DNA of 64,000 nucleotides from Candidatus Eiseniibacteriota bacterium (GTDB lineage: Bacteria; Eisenbacteria; RBG-16-71-46; CAIMUX01), in assembly GCA_020633975.1 (NCBI GenBank), contig JACKCR010000009.1:155119-219118 (forward strand), given 5' to 3'. Under the pieces are notes generated by a model. The model searched no databases. It saw nothing but the letters and a program-made list of their open reading frames with translations, and was not told the DNA's origin. A program made the position numbers and the translations under genes. Shown here piece after piece: positions 42,402 through 53,069 of the stretch; position 1 is the first letter of the stretch; each line of letters begins with the position of its first letter.

Positions 42402-43200
42402 CCGCGTCGCCGAACTCGCGAAACCATGCGGGTAGGTCCGCGACCGAGTCCAAGATATGGTTCGGGGGCTCGGATCTCGCGACGTCCTCCGGATGGAACT
42501 TGCCGGTGCGGACCAGGATTCCGGTCGCCCCCGCTTGCTGCGCGCCGAGCACGTCGCTCTGGATGTCGTCTCCCACCATCGCGATCTCGGGGACGGTGAG
42601 CCCGATGAGTTCGGCAGCCCGCTCGAAGTATGTCGGCGACGGCTTTCCGACGAGAGTGGCCTGAACCCGTGCGGCGGCCTCGAGACCCAGGATGAACGGG
42701 CCCGCGTCGAGAGACAGGCCGTCCGCGGCTCGCCAGTAGAGGTTCCGCTGGACCGCGACGAGTTCGGCTCCTCCCATGAGCTGCCGGAATGCGGCGTTCA
42801 GAATCGCGTAGCTCCACTCGTCGCCCAGGTCGCCCACGAGTACGGCCTGACAGGAGACTCCCGGATCCATCGGCAGACGCGGATCGACTAGGTCGAACCC
42901 GGCCAGGTCCTCGCACGTATCGCGAGCGACGCAGGCGAGGATGCGGCGGATTCCCCGTGATGCGAGCCACGAGGCGGCAGCGATCGGGGCGGTGTAGACG
43001 CGCTCGGCCGGAAGAGTCAGCCCCATCCTGGTCAGCTTCTCGAGAAGGATGCGGCGAGGTCTTCGTGTCATGTTCGTCGCGAAGAGCATCGGGATGCCGG
43101 CTTCGTCGAGTTCCGCGATGGCGTCGGCGGCGCCGGGGAGAAGGGCGTCACCCACGAAGACGGTGCCGTCCAGGTCGAGCAAGAGCCCACGAGGTTTCAT
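42358..43200 (-). CDS. HAD-superfamily subfamily IIA hydrolase
   Basis: Motif [11 protein letters not shown], and motif III/IV regions K...GKP...[20 protein letters not shown] at 43200; track ORF starts at 43428. The 3' end converges with and overlaps the RR gene by 44 nt. Confidence 0.72.
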   Translation of the reverse strand: MKPRGLLLDLDGTVFVGDALLPGAADAIAELDEAGIPMLFATNMTRRPRRILLEKLTRMGLTLPAERVYTAPIAAASWLASRGIRRILACVARDTCEDLAGFDLVDPRLPMDPGVSCQAVLVGDLGDEWSYAILNAAFRQLMGGAELVAVQRNLYWRAADGLSLDAGPFILGLEAAARVQATLVGKPSPTYFERAAELIGLTVPEIAMVGDDIQSDVLGAQQAGATGILVRTGKFHPEDVARSEPPNHILDSVADLPAWFREFGDAVTRGIGSPPDAPSR

Positions 43201-43303
43201 GGAGGCAGGATACGGGAGGAACAAGAGGTGCCGCGAGTCCCTAGCGACCGAACTTCGCGCGAAAAAGCCCCACCCATGTGCAAGGGGCGGTATGCTCCCC
43301 GCC

Positions 43304-44092
43304 ATGAATACGCTAGACACGATCAATGGCCACCGCTCGATCCGGAAGTACCTCGGTGACCCGATTCCCGACGACGACCTGGAGCGGATCCTCCACGCTG
43401 CGACCCGCGCATCCAGCAGCGGAAACATGCAGACCTACAGCATGATCGTGACGAAGGATCCGGAGCGGAAGAAGACGCTCTGGAAGCTGCACTTCGAGCA
43501 GGACATGGTCCTCCAAGCGCCGCTCCTTCTCACGTTCGTCGTCGATTGGCACCGGATGAACCGCTGGTGTCGTCTCTCCGGAACGGAGCCCGGCTACGAC
43601 AACTTCCTCTCGTTCCTGGTCGGATTCTCGGATGCATTCGTCGCCGCGCAGAACGCCGCGCTCGCGGCAGAGGCGATGGGATACGGCATCTGCTACATGG
43701 GGACGACGCTCTCGTCGGGGCCAGCGATCGCGAAGTTTCTCGAACTCCCGACGTCGGTCTATCCCGCGACCACTCTGGTCATCGGAAGGCCGGACGAGTC
43801 GCCGGACATCCGCGCACGGCTTCCGATGGATGGCATCGTCCACCACGAGACCTACGAAGTGCCGAGCGACGAGGACGTTCGGAAGACGTACGAGAAGCGC
43901 GAAGTGGAAGGCTGGAAGCGCTACATGTCGTTCCCGGAACTCGCGGCGATGATCGAGGAGTCCGGAGTGAAGAACCTCGCCGAGGTCTATACGACGCTCA
44001 AGTACACCAAGAGCGAAAACGAGGAAGTGTCGCGTGAGCTTCTGGAGCTTCTAGAGTCGCAGGGGTTCTTCTCGGGCGCACTCGAGCCGTAG
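43304..44092 (+). CDS. Nitroreductase-family (NAD(P)H-flavin oxidoreductase) protein
   Basis: TINGHRSIRKY...HAATRASSSGNMQTYSMIVTKDPERKK and the dimeric fold length are typical of this family. Confidence 0.78.
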   Translation: MNTLDTINGHRSIRKYLGDPIPDDDLERILHAATRASSSGNMQTYSMIVTKDPERKKTLWKLHFEQDMVLQAPLLLTFVVDWHRMNRWCRLSGTEPGYDNFLSFLVGFSDAFVAAQNAALAAEAMGYGICYMGTTLSSGPAIAKFLELPTSVYPATTLVIGRPDESPDIRARLPMDGIVHHETYEVPSDEDVRKTYEKREVEGWKRYMSFPELAAMIEESGVKNLAEVYTTLKYTKSENEEVSRELLELLESQGFFSGALEP

Positions 44093-44180
44093 CGATCCTC
44101 ATTACCGGGGCTTTCCTCTGCTCGCCCCGCAGAAAGGTCTTGAGTCCGATAGGTCCTCTGCCGAACAATACTCGTTATCC

Positions 44181-44519
44181 ATGCGTAGATTGCTGCTCCC
44201 CATACTCACGATCTGGGCGATCGTGGCCAGCCCCGGACTCTGCGTTGCCGGCGTTCTCGAACACCTGTGCGCGGGTTGCCCCGAAACGGCGTCCTGTGAA
44301 CACGAGGACGACTGTGCCGTCGACCCGTGTGTCGACTCGGCCGTCCGGCCGGTCGTGGGTGCGGAGGTCGGCGTTCTCGCGCCGGTCGTCGCGCTCGTGC
44401 AGACCTACACGGTCATCGAGTTCGATTCGAACCGGCACGACGCTTCAGGCGTCGATCCCTTCCCTCCCGAACGGAAGAACCTCTCGCAGCTCGAGAGCGA
44501 TCTCCCTCTTCTCAACTGA
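44181..44519 (+). CDS. Small Cys-rich secreted protein (112 aa), candidate periplasmic metal-binding or accessory protein of the downstream efflux operon
   Basis: Signal peptide MRRLLLPILTIWAIVASPGLCVA, then six Cys plus His/Asp/Glu within 30 aa (LEHLCAGCPETASCEHEDDCAVDPCVD). No obvious SD, so existence is uncertain. Confidence 0.4.
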   Translation: MRRLLLPILTIWAIVASPGLCVAGVLEHLCAGCPETASCEHEDDCAVDPCVDSAVRPVVGAEVGVLAPVVALVQTYTVIEFDSNRHDASGVDPFPPERKNLSQLESDLPLLN

Positions 44520-44807
44520 TCGTTCCCGCCGAATAGCCACAACTCGATAGGCGTCGTCTCGACGTGCGCCGACACACGCGTGTGCTTGCTCTGTCACGAG
44601 CATGCCTGCACGCGGTCGCGCTTGCCGTAGCTCTTGCTGCCGTGAGGCAGTGTGCGTCGCCGTCGCCGGAGTGCTTGGTTGTGTGAGGTGCGGCCGGAGA
44701 GCGCCGTTCCCTCCTACGGCTGGAGCGACGTGTCGTTTGCATGCGATCGAATCCTGGTCGCCGGCGCGTGATGGGGAAGCGGAGGAAACTCAATTGGGAA
44801 CGAAGTC

Positions 44808-46259
44808 ATGAACACGTGTCCATCGTGGCGTTGTCTCGCCATCACGTGGGGGGCTGCGGCCATCGGCCTGTCACCCGTCGAGGGCGTCGCGGACGACGCT
44901 GGATCGAGTGGCGACAGTCCGTACGAAGTCGTCGAGACGACTCTGGCGTGGAAAGAGCTGGATGTCGGCTTTCCGGCGCCGCTCGGCTCGGAAGAGACGT
45001 TCGGCGTCCGAACTTCCGGTCCGACCGGAGCGCTGACGTTGGAGGAGGCCGTTCGTTGGGCCGAGGCACGAGACCCTGGCCTGGCCGCACTCCGGCTCGA
45101 AGTCGCGGCCGTCGAGGCCGAGGCCTCCGGGGTCGACGTACGCCCGAATCCGGAACTCGGCATCGAGCTGGAGAACTTCGCTGGATCTGGGGGAGCGAGC
45201 GGGCTCGGTGGCGCGGAGGCGACGGTGTCGCTCTCCCAGGCGTTCGAGCTAGGTGGGAAGCGCTCCAAGCGGAAGGCGCTCGGGGATCACGAGTCGAACC
45301 TGGCGCGATGGGAATACACGCTCGCGAGGAACGACCGGGCGGCCGAGACGAAGGTGGCGTTCGTCGCCGTCATGGCCGCGCAGGAGCAGTTGCAGCTCGC
45401 GGAGGACCTCGTCCTCGTGGCGGAGGAGATGCTCGCGTCCATCTCGCGCCGGGTGAAGGCGGGGTCGAGCTCGCCGATCGAAGAGAGCCGCGCCCGAGTC
45501 GAACTCGAGATCACGAAGGTCGATCTAGAGGAAGCGCGTCGAGAACTCGCGTCGGCGAGAACGCGGCTCGCTTCGAACTGGAACGGGGCGACGTTCGACC
45601 TGTCGTTCGACGCTGTCGGTTCGCTCGACGTCCATGAGGAGACGCCGACCCTCGACGAACTCCTCGCCAGACTCGACACGAGCCCCGCGTTCGTGCGCTG
45701 GGATGCGGAGTCTGAGCGCCGACGTGCGGGTTTGGCGCTAGAACGGGCCATGGCGAGGCCGGACCTCACCATCGGCTCCGGCATCCGCTACTCGGCGGAT
45801 GGCGACGACGTCTCCCTCTTGGTCGGCGTCGGCCTGCCCCTCTCTGTGTTCGACCGGAACCGAGGGGCGAGCGTCGCGGCCGAACGACGGATCGAGAGAG
45901 TCGCTACGGAACGGGCCATGGAGCGCAACCAGGCGGCCACGGAACTCGCTCAGCTCCACCACGACCTGATTGCGAATCAGAACGAAGCTCGTGCCATTCG
46001 AGTCCGCGCCCTGCCGGAGGCCGAAACGGCGTTCGCTGCCGCGCGCGACGCATACCTGAGAGGAGCGATGCGTCTCACCGACGTGCTCGACATCGAGCGA
46101 CTCTTGTTCGAGCTGCGCAGCCGATACGTCGCGGTCGCCGCGGCCTATCACACCTCATACGCCGAGATCCAACGACGACTCGGAACTCCGGTGAATGGAA
46201 ATCTGGAATCCAGTGGCGGGCGTGGCCCCGCGCAAGATGGGATGGGAGGTTCACGATGA
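44808..46259 (+). CDS. RND efflux outer-membrane factor (TolC/CzcC family)
   Basis: Signal peptide, two repeated alpha/beta halves of about 480 aa, and its position heading a three-gene RND operon. Confidence 0.82.
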   Translation: MNTCPSWRCLAITWGAAAIGLSPVEGVADDAGSSGDSPYEVVETTLAWKELDVGFPAPLGSEETFGVRTSGPTGALTLEEAVRWAEARDPGLAALRLEVAAVEAEASGVDVRPNPELGIELENFAGSGGASGLGGAEATVSLSQAFELGGKRSKRKALGDHESNLARWEYTLARNDRAAETKVAFVAVMAAQEQLQLAEDLVLVAEEMLASISRRVKAGSSSPIEESRARVELEITKVDLEEARRELASARTRLASNWNGATFDLSFDAVGSLDVHEETPTLDELLARLDTSPAFVRWDAESERRRAGLALERAMARPDLTIGSGIRYSADGDDVSLLVGVGLPLSVFDRNRGASVAAERRIERVATERAMERNQAATELAQLHHDLIANQNEARAIRVRALPEAETAFAAARDAYLRGAMRLTDVLDIERLLFELRSRYVAVAAAYHTSYAEIQRRLGTPVNGNLESSGGRGPAQDGMGGSR

Positions 46260-47491
46260 GTGCGATGCAACTTGCACCAAGGACCGACAGTGACAGCCGA
46301 CGGAGGAGTCGCACTTGGGCGCTCCCCGGTGCGGCCGTCCTGCTCGGTGTCGCGGTGGCGCTCTTCGGTACAGGCGTCGTCGACGGAAACGCGACGGAGT
46401 CTGGCGGCAGTGGAAGCGCACCACAAGCCGATCCGGGGTCGACGAGCGAAATGGGTGGCCATCCAGACCATCCCGGGCACGACGACCACGACCATGACGA
46501 TCACGCCGTCGGCGACAGCGAAGCGCACTCCGAAGCTGGTCACGACGATCATGACGACGAGAGCCACGACGACCACGATCATGATGGCCACGATGCCGCC
46601 GGGTCCCCTGACGGACACGATGACCATGATCACGACTCGCACGACGACAGCGACGCCCACGACGACCACGTCGACATCGTCCGACTGACCGCAGCGGAGA
46701 TCGCGGAGTTCGGCGTGATCGTGGAGACCGCGGGATCAGGGGTGATCGAACAGACGCTCGAAGTTCCGGGTGAGGTTCGTCCGAACGACGACCGCCTCGC
46801 GCACATCGTCCCTCGGTACTCCGGCATCGTGACAGACGTCCGGGTTGGGATCGGGGACTACGTGAAGCGGGGGCAGGTGCTCGCGATCATCGAGAGTGAC
46901 GAGAGCCTCGCTCCGTTCGAGGTGAAGACGCTCCTATCCGGCACGGTGATCGGCAAGCACATCACCTTGGGTGAGGCGGCGTCCCGAGACCGGGACACCT
47001 TCGTGATCGCGGACCTCTCGACGGTGTGGATCGACCTCACGATCTACCAGCGTGACCTCGAGCGAGTTCGGGTCGGGCAGGAGGTGGTACTCCTCCGCGG
47101 CCACGAAGAGCGTGCCGAGGGAAAGATCAGCTACGTCACTCCGATCGTCGACGAGAGAACGCGTACGGCGACAGCACGCGTCGTCCTGACGAATCGGGAC
47201 GAGGACTGGCGACCAGGAATGTTCGTGACCGGGCTCATCCGTGTGGAGAGCGCGGAGGTTCCGCTCGCGATCCCGACGACTGCGGTTCATCGCGTCGAAG
47301 GCAGAGCCGCGGTGTTCGTCGAGACGGCGGATGGCTTCGAACCCCAGCCCGTAGTCCTGGGACGAACTGGAAGAGGTGTCGTCGAGGTGCTCTCCGGAAT
47401 CCATCCGGGAGATCGGTTCGTCAGCGAAGGTGGATTCACTCTCAAGGCGGAGCTGGAGAAGGGTTCGTTCGGCCACGGGCACGCGCACTAG
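46256..47491 (+). CDS. RND efflux membrane-fusion (periplasmic adaptor) protein with a long His/Asp-rich N-terminal metal-binding region
   Basis: HPDHPGHDDHDHDDH...HDDHDDESHDDHDHDGHD..., then biotinyl-lipoyl/beta-barrel MFP domains (RVGQEVVLLRG...). ATGA coupling with the OMF gene. Confidence 0.85.
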   Translation: MSAMQLAPRTDSDSRRRSRTWALPGAAVLLGVAVALFGTGVVDGNATESGGSGSAPQADPGSTSEMGGHPDHPGHDDHDHDDHAVGDSEAHSEAGHDDHDDESHDDHDHDGHDAAGSPDGHDDHDHDSHDDSDAHDDHVDIVRLTAAEIAEFGVIVETAGSGVIEQTLEVPGEVRPNDDRLAHIVPRYSGIVTDVRVGIGDYVKRGQVLAIIESDESLAPFEVKTLLSGTVIGKHITLGEAASRDRDTFVIADLSTVWIDLTIYQRDLERVRVGQEVVLLRGHEERAEGKISYVTPIVDERTRTATARVVLTNRDEDWRPGMFVTGLIRVESAEVPLAIPTTAVHRVEGRAAVFVETADGFEPQPVVLGRTGRGVVEVLSGIHPGDRFVSEGGFTLKAELEKGSFGHGHAH

Positions 47492-47560
47492 CAGCTTGCT
47501 GATAAGTCCCTCCGGGACCATTTCCGCAGCCTGCTAACAGGCACTGCGTAGGAGATCTCG

Positions 47561-50500
47561 ATGATTCAGCCGATCGTACGGTTCGGGCTCGCGAACCGGC
47601 TTCTCATGGCGGTTCTCGCCGTGCTCGTGATGGGGGGCGGGTACCTCGCGTACCTCCGTCTTCCGGTGGACGCATTCCCGGACGTGTCACCGAACCTGGT
47701 CCAGGTGTTCACCGTGACCGAAGGGCTCGCGCCGGAAGAGGTCGAGACGTTCGTGACCTACCCGGTGGAAGTCGCGATGACCGGTCTTCCTGGCGTGACG
47801 AAGGTGCGTTCCGTCTCGAACTTCGGGCTTTCCGTGGTGAACGTCTACTTCGAGGACGGGATGGACATCTACTTCGCCCGCCAACTCGTGGGCGAACGGC
47901 TCCAGGAAGCGCGGGAGCAGATTCCCGAAGGGTTCGGCGAGCCGGAGATGGGGCCGATCTCCACCGGGATGGGACTCGTTCTCTTCTACTACCTCGAGGA
48001 CGAGTCCGGGCGGTACTCGATGGAGGAACTGCGCTCCATCCAGGACTGGATCGTCAAATTCCACCTGCAGACGGTGCCTGGCGTGACCGAGGTTCTCGGC
48101 ATCGGCGGATATGAGAAGCAGTACCACGTCGTCGTTCACCCGGAGGAGCTCCAGCGGTTCGACCTCACGATCGGCGAGATCATCGAGCGGATCCACGCGA
48201 ACAACAAGAACGTCGGGGCGCAGTTCATCGAGAAGAACGCGGAGGAGTTGGTCGTTCGGTCTGTCGGACTTGCGACGAGCATGGAAGACCTCCGCTCGAT
48301 CGTCGTGATGACCGACGACGGCCGTCCGATCTTCCTCTCCGACGTCGCGGATGTGGAAGTGGGCGGAGCGGTCCGCCGTGGACTCCAAACCCGTAACGGT
48401 GAAGGCGAAGTCGTCGCTGGAATGGTCATCAAGCTGTTCGGGACGAACTCGTCGAGTGTGATCGAGCGGATCGAAGAACGACTCGTGGAGATCAACCGGA
48501 TCCTCCCCGAGGGCGTTCGGATCGTTCCGTACTACGAGCAGAAGACGCTGGTCTCGTCGTCGATGCACACGGTAACGAATGCGCTGGTCCAGGGCGTCGT
48601 CCTCGTCTCGGTGATCCTGCTCGCGTTCATGGGAGGACTTCGGCCGAGCCTCGTCGTGGCGGTGTCGATCCCGTTCTCCGTGCTCTTCGCTTTCCTTCTG
48701 ATGGGGCGCTTCGGGATCTCGGCCAACTTGATGTCGCTCGGCGGGCTTGCGATCGCGATCGGGATGATGGTGGACGGCACGATCGTCATGGTCGAGAACA
48801 TGGATCGACGACTCCGCGAGGCCGGGCCCAACGAGCCGAAGCTGCACGTGATCGCGCAGGCGTGTCTCGAAGTAGGGCGGCCGATCGTCTTCGCGATCTC
48901 GATCATCATTCTCGTGTTCCTTCCGCTCTTCACCTTGCAAGGCGTGGAAGGGAAGACGTTCCGGCCGCTCGCCTACACGGTGGCGCTCGGCATGGCCGGG
49001 TCGCTCGTTTTCGCGCTCGCCCTCGCGCCGATGCTCGGGAGCTTGGTGTTGTCGCGAGGCGGTGATGGCACCGTCTCGGATGCGTGGATCGTCCGTGCGC
49101 TGCTCCGTCCCTATCGCCCCGTCGTTTCGTTCTTCGTCCGTCGCCGATGGGCGTCCGTCGGGCTTGCGGCCGTACTCCTGTTGTGTGGGGCTGTCGTGTT
49201 CCCCAGGCTCGGCTCCGAGTTCACCCCGAAGCTCAAAGAGGGCACGATCGTCGTCCGGCTCTCGATGGCGCCGTCCATTGCGCTCGTCGAGAGCACGCGA
49301 CTGACGCAGATCGTAGAGCGACGGCTGCTCGCGATTCCGGAAGTGCACGAGGTGGTGACCCGGTTGGGGCGTGGGGAGGTCGGCGCGCATGCAGATCCGA
49401 TCAACAGCGCCGAGATGTTCGTGCTCCTGGAGCCGCCGTCCGAGTGGCGAACGGCGCGTACCCAGACCGACATCGAGGACCTGATCCGGTCCGAACTCGG
49501 CAACGTCCCGGGTGTCATGGTGAACCTGACCCAGCCGATCGAGATGACAGTCGACGAACTGCTGGAAGGTGTTCGCGCCGAGCTCGCGATCAAGATCTTC
49601 GGCGACGATCTGGATGTGCTGAAGGAGAACGCAGACGAAGTCGCCGCCGTCGTGAGGGACGTGCGCGGTGCGGCGGACATCCAGGTCGACCAGGTGGGAG
49701 GTGCGCCCCAGCTGCTGATCCGGGTCGATCGGCAGGCCATCGCGCGCTACGGGATCAACGTCGCGGAAGTGCAGGAAGTCATCCACGCGGCGGTCGGCGG
49801 AGAGGTGGCGGGGCAGGTGTTCGAAGGCGTGCGGCGCTACGACATCCTCGTTCGCTACGAACCCCGCGCACGCGAGACGGAAGCGGCGATCCGTGACATC
49901 CTCGTCGGTGGTCCGGATGGGCTCAAGGTTCCACTCGACGAACTCGTGACCGTCTCGGAGATCGTCGGGCCGAGACAGATCACACGCGAAGACAACCAGA
50001 GGTTCATCACGATTCAGTGCAACGTGATCGGACGCGACATCGGCACGTTCGTCGAGGAAGCGCAGCGGTCGATCGACGCGAGCGTGGAGCTCCCACCGGG
50101 GTACCGTGTGACGTGGGGCGGTCAGTTCCGTCTGCAGCAGGAGGCGAACAAGCGACTCGCGGTGGTCGTGCCGATCACGCTCGTTGCCGTGTTCCTACTG
50201 CTCTTCACGAGCTTTCAGTCGGTGCGGAACGCGTTCCTCATCCTGCTCAACATTCCGCTCGCGTTGGTCGGCGGGATCGTCGCGCTCTGGATCTCCGGAC
50301 AGAACCTTTCTGTCCCCGCTTCGGTTGGGTTCATCGCTCTCTTCGGAATCGCGCTCGAGAACGGGATGGTGCTCGTGACGTACTTGAATCAGCTCGTGAG
50401 AGACGGCATCCCGATCGATCGAGCGTCGGTGCAGGGCGCGTGTCTTAGGCTTCGGCCCGTGCTCATGACCGCGCTCACGACTGCGCTCGGGCTCATTCCG

Positions 50501-50647
50501 TTGCTTCTCGCTTCCGGAACCGGGAGCGAGGTGCAGAAGCCACTCGCGACGGTAGTGATGGGCGGACTCGTCACGTCGACGATGCTGACGCTGCTCGTTG
50601 TGCCGAGCCTCTACAAGTGGTTCGCGCCGAGTCCGTCGCGCGGGTAG
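47561..50647 (+). CDS. Heavy-metal-efflux RND transporter, CzcA/CusA family
   Basis: 1028 aa with 12 TM. N-terminus MIQPIVRFGLANRLLMAVLAVLVMGGGYLAYLRLPVDAFPDVSPNLVQVFT is diagnostic of HME-RND pumps. Confidence 0.93.
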   Translation: MIQPIVRFGLANRLLMAVLAVLVMGGGYLAYLRLPVDAFPDVSPNLVQVFTVTEGLAPEEVETFVTYPVEVAMTGLPGVTKVRSVSNFGLSVVNVYFEDGMDIYFARQLVGERLQEAREQIPEGFGEPEMGPISTGMGLVLFYYLEDESGRYSMEELRSIQDWIVKFHLQTVPGVTEVLGIGGYEKQYHVVVHPEELQRFDLTIGEIIERIHANNKNVGAQFIEKNAEELVVRSVGLATSMEDLRSIVVMTDDGRPIFLSDVADVEVGGAVRRGLQTRNGEGEVVAGMVIKLFGTNSSSVIERIEERLVEINRILPEGVRIVPYYEQKTLVSSSMHTVTNALVQGVVLVSVILLAFMGGLRPSLVVAVSIPFSVLFAFLLMGRFGISANLMSLGGLAIAIGMMVDGTIVMVENMDRRLREAGPNEPKLHVIAQACLEVGRPIVFAISIIILVFLPLFTLQGVEGKTFRPLAYTVALGMAGSLVFALALAPMLGSLVLSRGGDGTVSDAWIVRALLRPYRPVVSFFVRRRWASVGLAAVLLLCGAVVFPRLGSEFTPKLKEGTIVVRLSMAPSIALVESTRLTQIVERRLLAIPEVHEVVTRLGRGEVGAHADPINSAEMFVLLEPPSEWRTARTQTDIEDLIRSELGNVPGVMVNLTQPIEMTVDELLEGVRAELAIKIFGDDLDVLKENADEVAAVVRDVRGAADIQVDQVGGAPQLLIRVDRQAIARYGINVAEVQEVIHAAVGGEVAGQVFEGVRRYDILVRYEPRARETEAAIRDILVGGPDGLKVPLDELVTVSEIVGPRQITREDNQRFITIQCNVIGRDIGTFVEEAQRSIDASVELPPGYRVTWGGQFRLQQEANKRLAVVVPITLVAVFLLLFTSFQSVRNAFLILLNIPLALVGGIVALWISGQNLSVPASVGFIALFGIALENGMVLVTYLNQLVRDGIPIDRASVQGACLRLRPVLMTALTTALGLIPLLLASGTGSEVQKPLATVVMGGLVTSTMLTLLVVPSLYKWFAPSPSRG

Positions 50648-50679
50648 GAACGAGGCCGGCGGCCAGGCCTCGCGAACGG

Positions 50680-51237
50680 CTACTTCGCCTCGAAGCTCTC
50701 GACCGTCCTCCGGATGAGGTCCGGGTCCATGTGCTCTTCCATGCCGGCGTGGAACTCGACGGAGTACGTCTCGTCTTCGTACGGGACGACGGCGACCCAG
50801 TCGATGGAGGAGAGGTCGCCCTTGTAGAACTGACGGATCTCCCAGGCGAACGCGTCGTGTCCGTCGATCTCGACCTCTTCGACCGGGCCGTAGTCGAGTC
50901 CGCTCGTAGAGCCTGCGCGCCGACCCCAGCGCTGCTCGTGCGCGGCACGTGCGGCGTAGATCGCGTCCTCCGGGATCTGGCCAGAGTAAGTCGTGATCAT
51001 GATGGAGCTGTGGTCGTCGTTCGAGTTCATCGCAAACCAACCGGACTGATCGAGCGGCTGCGCGTCGAGGAACACCTTCCGAGCGGCCGACGCGTTTGCG
51101 TCGAAGGCAAAGCCTTTCGGAACGTCCTGGACGTTCGGCCCGGGACGATCGGGCCCCGAACACGCGGTGAGGGCGAGAGACAGCCCAAGTGCGAGCCATC
51201 CCGTGACGACGATTCTGGGGTTCCGTGTTGGGCTCAT
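50680..51237 (-). CDS. Hypothetical lipoprotein
   Basis: Lipobox LALTAC after a signal peptide. Coding periodicity. No family recognised. Confidence 0.55.
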   Translation of the reverse strand: MSPTRNPRIVVTGWLALGLSLALTACSGPDRPGPNVQDVPKGFAFDANASAARKVFLDAQPLDQSGWFAMNSNDDHSSIMITTYSGQIPEDAIYAARAAHEQRWGRRAGSTSGLDYGPVEEVEIDGHDAFAWEIRQFYKGDLSSIDWVAVVPYEDETYSVEFHAGMEEHMDPDLIRRTVESFEAK

Positions 51238-51381
51238 CGGTCTCCTCCCTGAGCCAGGCCATCGTTGCCCTGGGTCATCCGCGGATGCGATTCCGCGGCC
51301 TCCCGAGGTCGAGAAGCGACGACTCTCGGCCGAACTTCTATATCGGCCCGTCGAACCGTTACCTCAAGGGAGGGTGCCGCA

Positions 51382-51771
51382 ATGCTCGACCGTGCGTTCC
51401 GTTGGCGTCTCGCCGTCATGGCGTCGGGGCTCCTGCTCGCCATAGTGGCCTGGTCTACCGGACTCTTCTCGCCCAAGAAGGCGATCGTCATCGAGTACGG
51501 GATCCTGGGGGAGGACGCCCTCGGAGCCGAGGTCTTCATCGACGACCAACTGGCTGGACGACTGGAAGCCCTTACGGCAGCGACACGTACGGGATTCGAG
51601 GTCGAGGAGGGCGCCCACGTCGTCCGGATCGAGCATCCTTATTATGGATGTGAGCCGATCCGGGTGGAGACCCAGGCCTCATCCTCCAGCATCCTCCTCC
51701 GGATGGACATCGCCGAGTTCTACGATCAGGCGACCGGGGAGAGCGAGGCGCGGATCGTCTTCGACTGGTAG
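51382..51771 (+). CDS. PEGA-domain protein with an N-terminal membrane anchor
   Basis: EVFIDDQLAGRLEALTAATRTGFEVEEGAHVVRIEHPYYGCEPIRVE resembles the PEGA beta-sandwich. AAGGGAGGG lies 6 nt before the ATG at 51382. Confidence 0.5.
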   Translation: MLDRAFRWRLAVMASGLLLAIVAWSTGLFSPKKAIVIEYGILGEDALGAEVFIDDQLAGRLEALTAATRTGFEVEEGAHVVRIEHPYYGCEPIRVETQASSSSILLRMDIAEFYDQATGESEARIVFDW

Positions 51772-51872
51772 GGGCCTAGGAGTGAAGAGCGCGACCCGTG
51801 GTGGCAAGACCCGATCGTCCGCGCTTGATGCGGCGCTCGAGCGGCGGTGTCCCAAACCCTGCGCACCACTCC

Positions 51873-53069
51873 TCACCCCACCGGAAGTCGGCGCAGGAGG
51901 ATCCAGGTGGTGTCGTCTCCGATCGGCCCGTGCGATGACACCTCCGTTTCGATCCGACGGGAGATCGCGCTGACTGACTGGCCGATGGTGTCGCAGAGGA
52001 TCCGAGTGACGCGCGCTTCTCCGAACATCTCGCCAGTTCGGTCGGTTCGTTCGAGGAGACCGTCGGTCGGGGCGAAGAGTAGGTCGCCCGGCTCGAGGAA
52101 GACATGCCCACGACGATACCGACCCGGCTCCATCGGGCCTAGCACGGCGCCGCCCACGTCCAAGCGGACGGCGTCTCCGGAGGCCTTCAAGACCCACGGG
52201 CTCGGGTGACCGGCGTTCACGTAGAACACGTTTCCTTCGCGTTCCACCTCGGCGAGGAAGAGGGAGGTGAAGCGGGTCGAAAGGAACCCGCGTGCAATGA
52301 CGCGACCCAACCGCTCCACCAGCACCGCCAGCTTCAGCTCGCGCTCGACTCCCATGCGGAGGCCCGTGACGACGTCGCGAGCCAGAAGCGCAGCCCCGAG
52401 CCCGTGTCCGCTCGCGTCTCCCACGACCCAGGTGAGGGAGACCTCGTCGCCGATGAGAAAGTCGTAGAAGTCTCCACCGACGCGTTCGGCCGGCGACGAG
52501 AACGCTGCGAACTCGAACCCCGGCAACACGGGGACCTTGGATGGAAGAAGGCTGCGCTGGATCTCGAACGCTTGCTCGAGATGCGAGTGCATCCGGTCGG
52601 TCTGCAGCCTGTGGTCGAGAGCGCTTCGAAGGGTGCGAAGCGCGAACTCCACCTCCTCGCCCGTACTCTGCTCGCCCAACTCGAACGTCAGGATCCGCCT
52701 CGGTTCCGACTGGATCAGCACGGCCGCGATCCCGCTCCGGCCCAAACGGACGCAATCACCGATGGAAGTCCGAAAGAGACAGACGCCGTGATCCACGACG
52801 AGCGCCACAGCCGCATCGCTCGTGCTCACCGAAACCGGCACAGTGTCGTCGGTGTCCTCGAGGAAGAAACCTCCGTGGTCGACGAGTACCGTGCCCCCTC
52901 GAAGGTGGAGCAGGTCTCCGAACGCTCCCAAGATTCCCGTGTGGACGCGACGGATCCAGTTGCCGTCTCCCGAACCCGCCTGCACGACTTCGAGGATGGC
53001 TTCGAGCTGTCGATAGAAGCGCTTCGAACGAACGTCCAATACCTGGGACGTCGTTCCGTTCGTCTCCAC
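51873..53069 (-). CDS. GAF-domain PP2C-type (SpoIIE/RsbU-like) serine phosphatase
   Basis: PPM motifs: GGDFYDF, VVGDASGHGLGAALLA, the conserved Asp/Gly in FLAEVEREGNVFYVNAGHPSPWV and DGLLE. The GTG at 53069 is preceded by AAGAAGGAGGAG. Track ORF extends to 53339. Confidence 0.78.
   Translation of the reverse strand: METNGTTSQVLDVRSKRFYRQLEAILEVVQAGSGDGNWIRRVHTGILGAFGDLLHLRGGTVLVDHGGFFLEDTDDTVPVSVSTSDAAVALVVDHGVCLFRTSIGDCVRLGRSGIAAVLIQSEPRRILTFELGEQSTGEEVEFALRTLRSALDHRLQTDRMHSHLEQAFEIQRSLLPSKVPVLPGFEFAAFSSPAERVGGDFYDFLIGDEVSLTWVVGDASGHGLGAALLARDVVTGLRMGVERELKLAVLVERLGRVIARGFLSTRFTSLFLAEVEREGNVFYVNAGHPSPWVLKASGDAVRLDVGGAVLGPMEPGRYRRGHVFLEPGDLLFAPTDGLLERTDRTGEMFGEARVTRILCDTIGQSVSAISRRIETEVSSHGPIGDDTTWILLRRLPVG

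Noticed and set aside
47687-49786. 699-aa minus-strand ORF
   Set aside because: Antisense to the CzcA-family RND pump. Arg/Asp/His-rich low-complexity translation typical of a GC-rich antisense frame.
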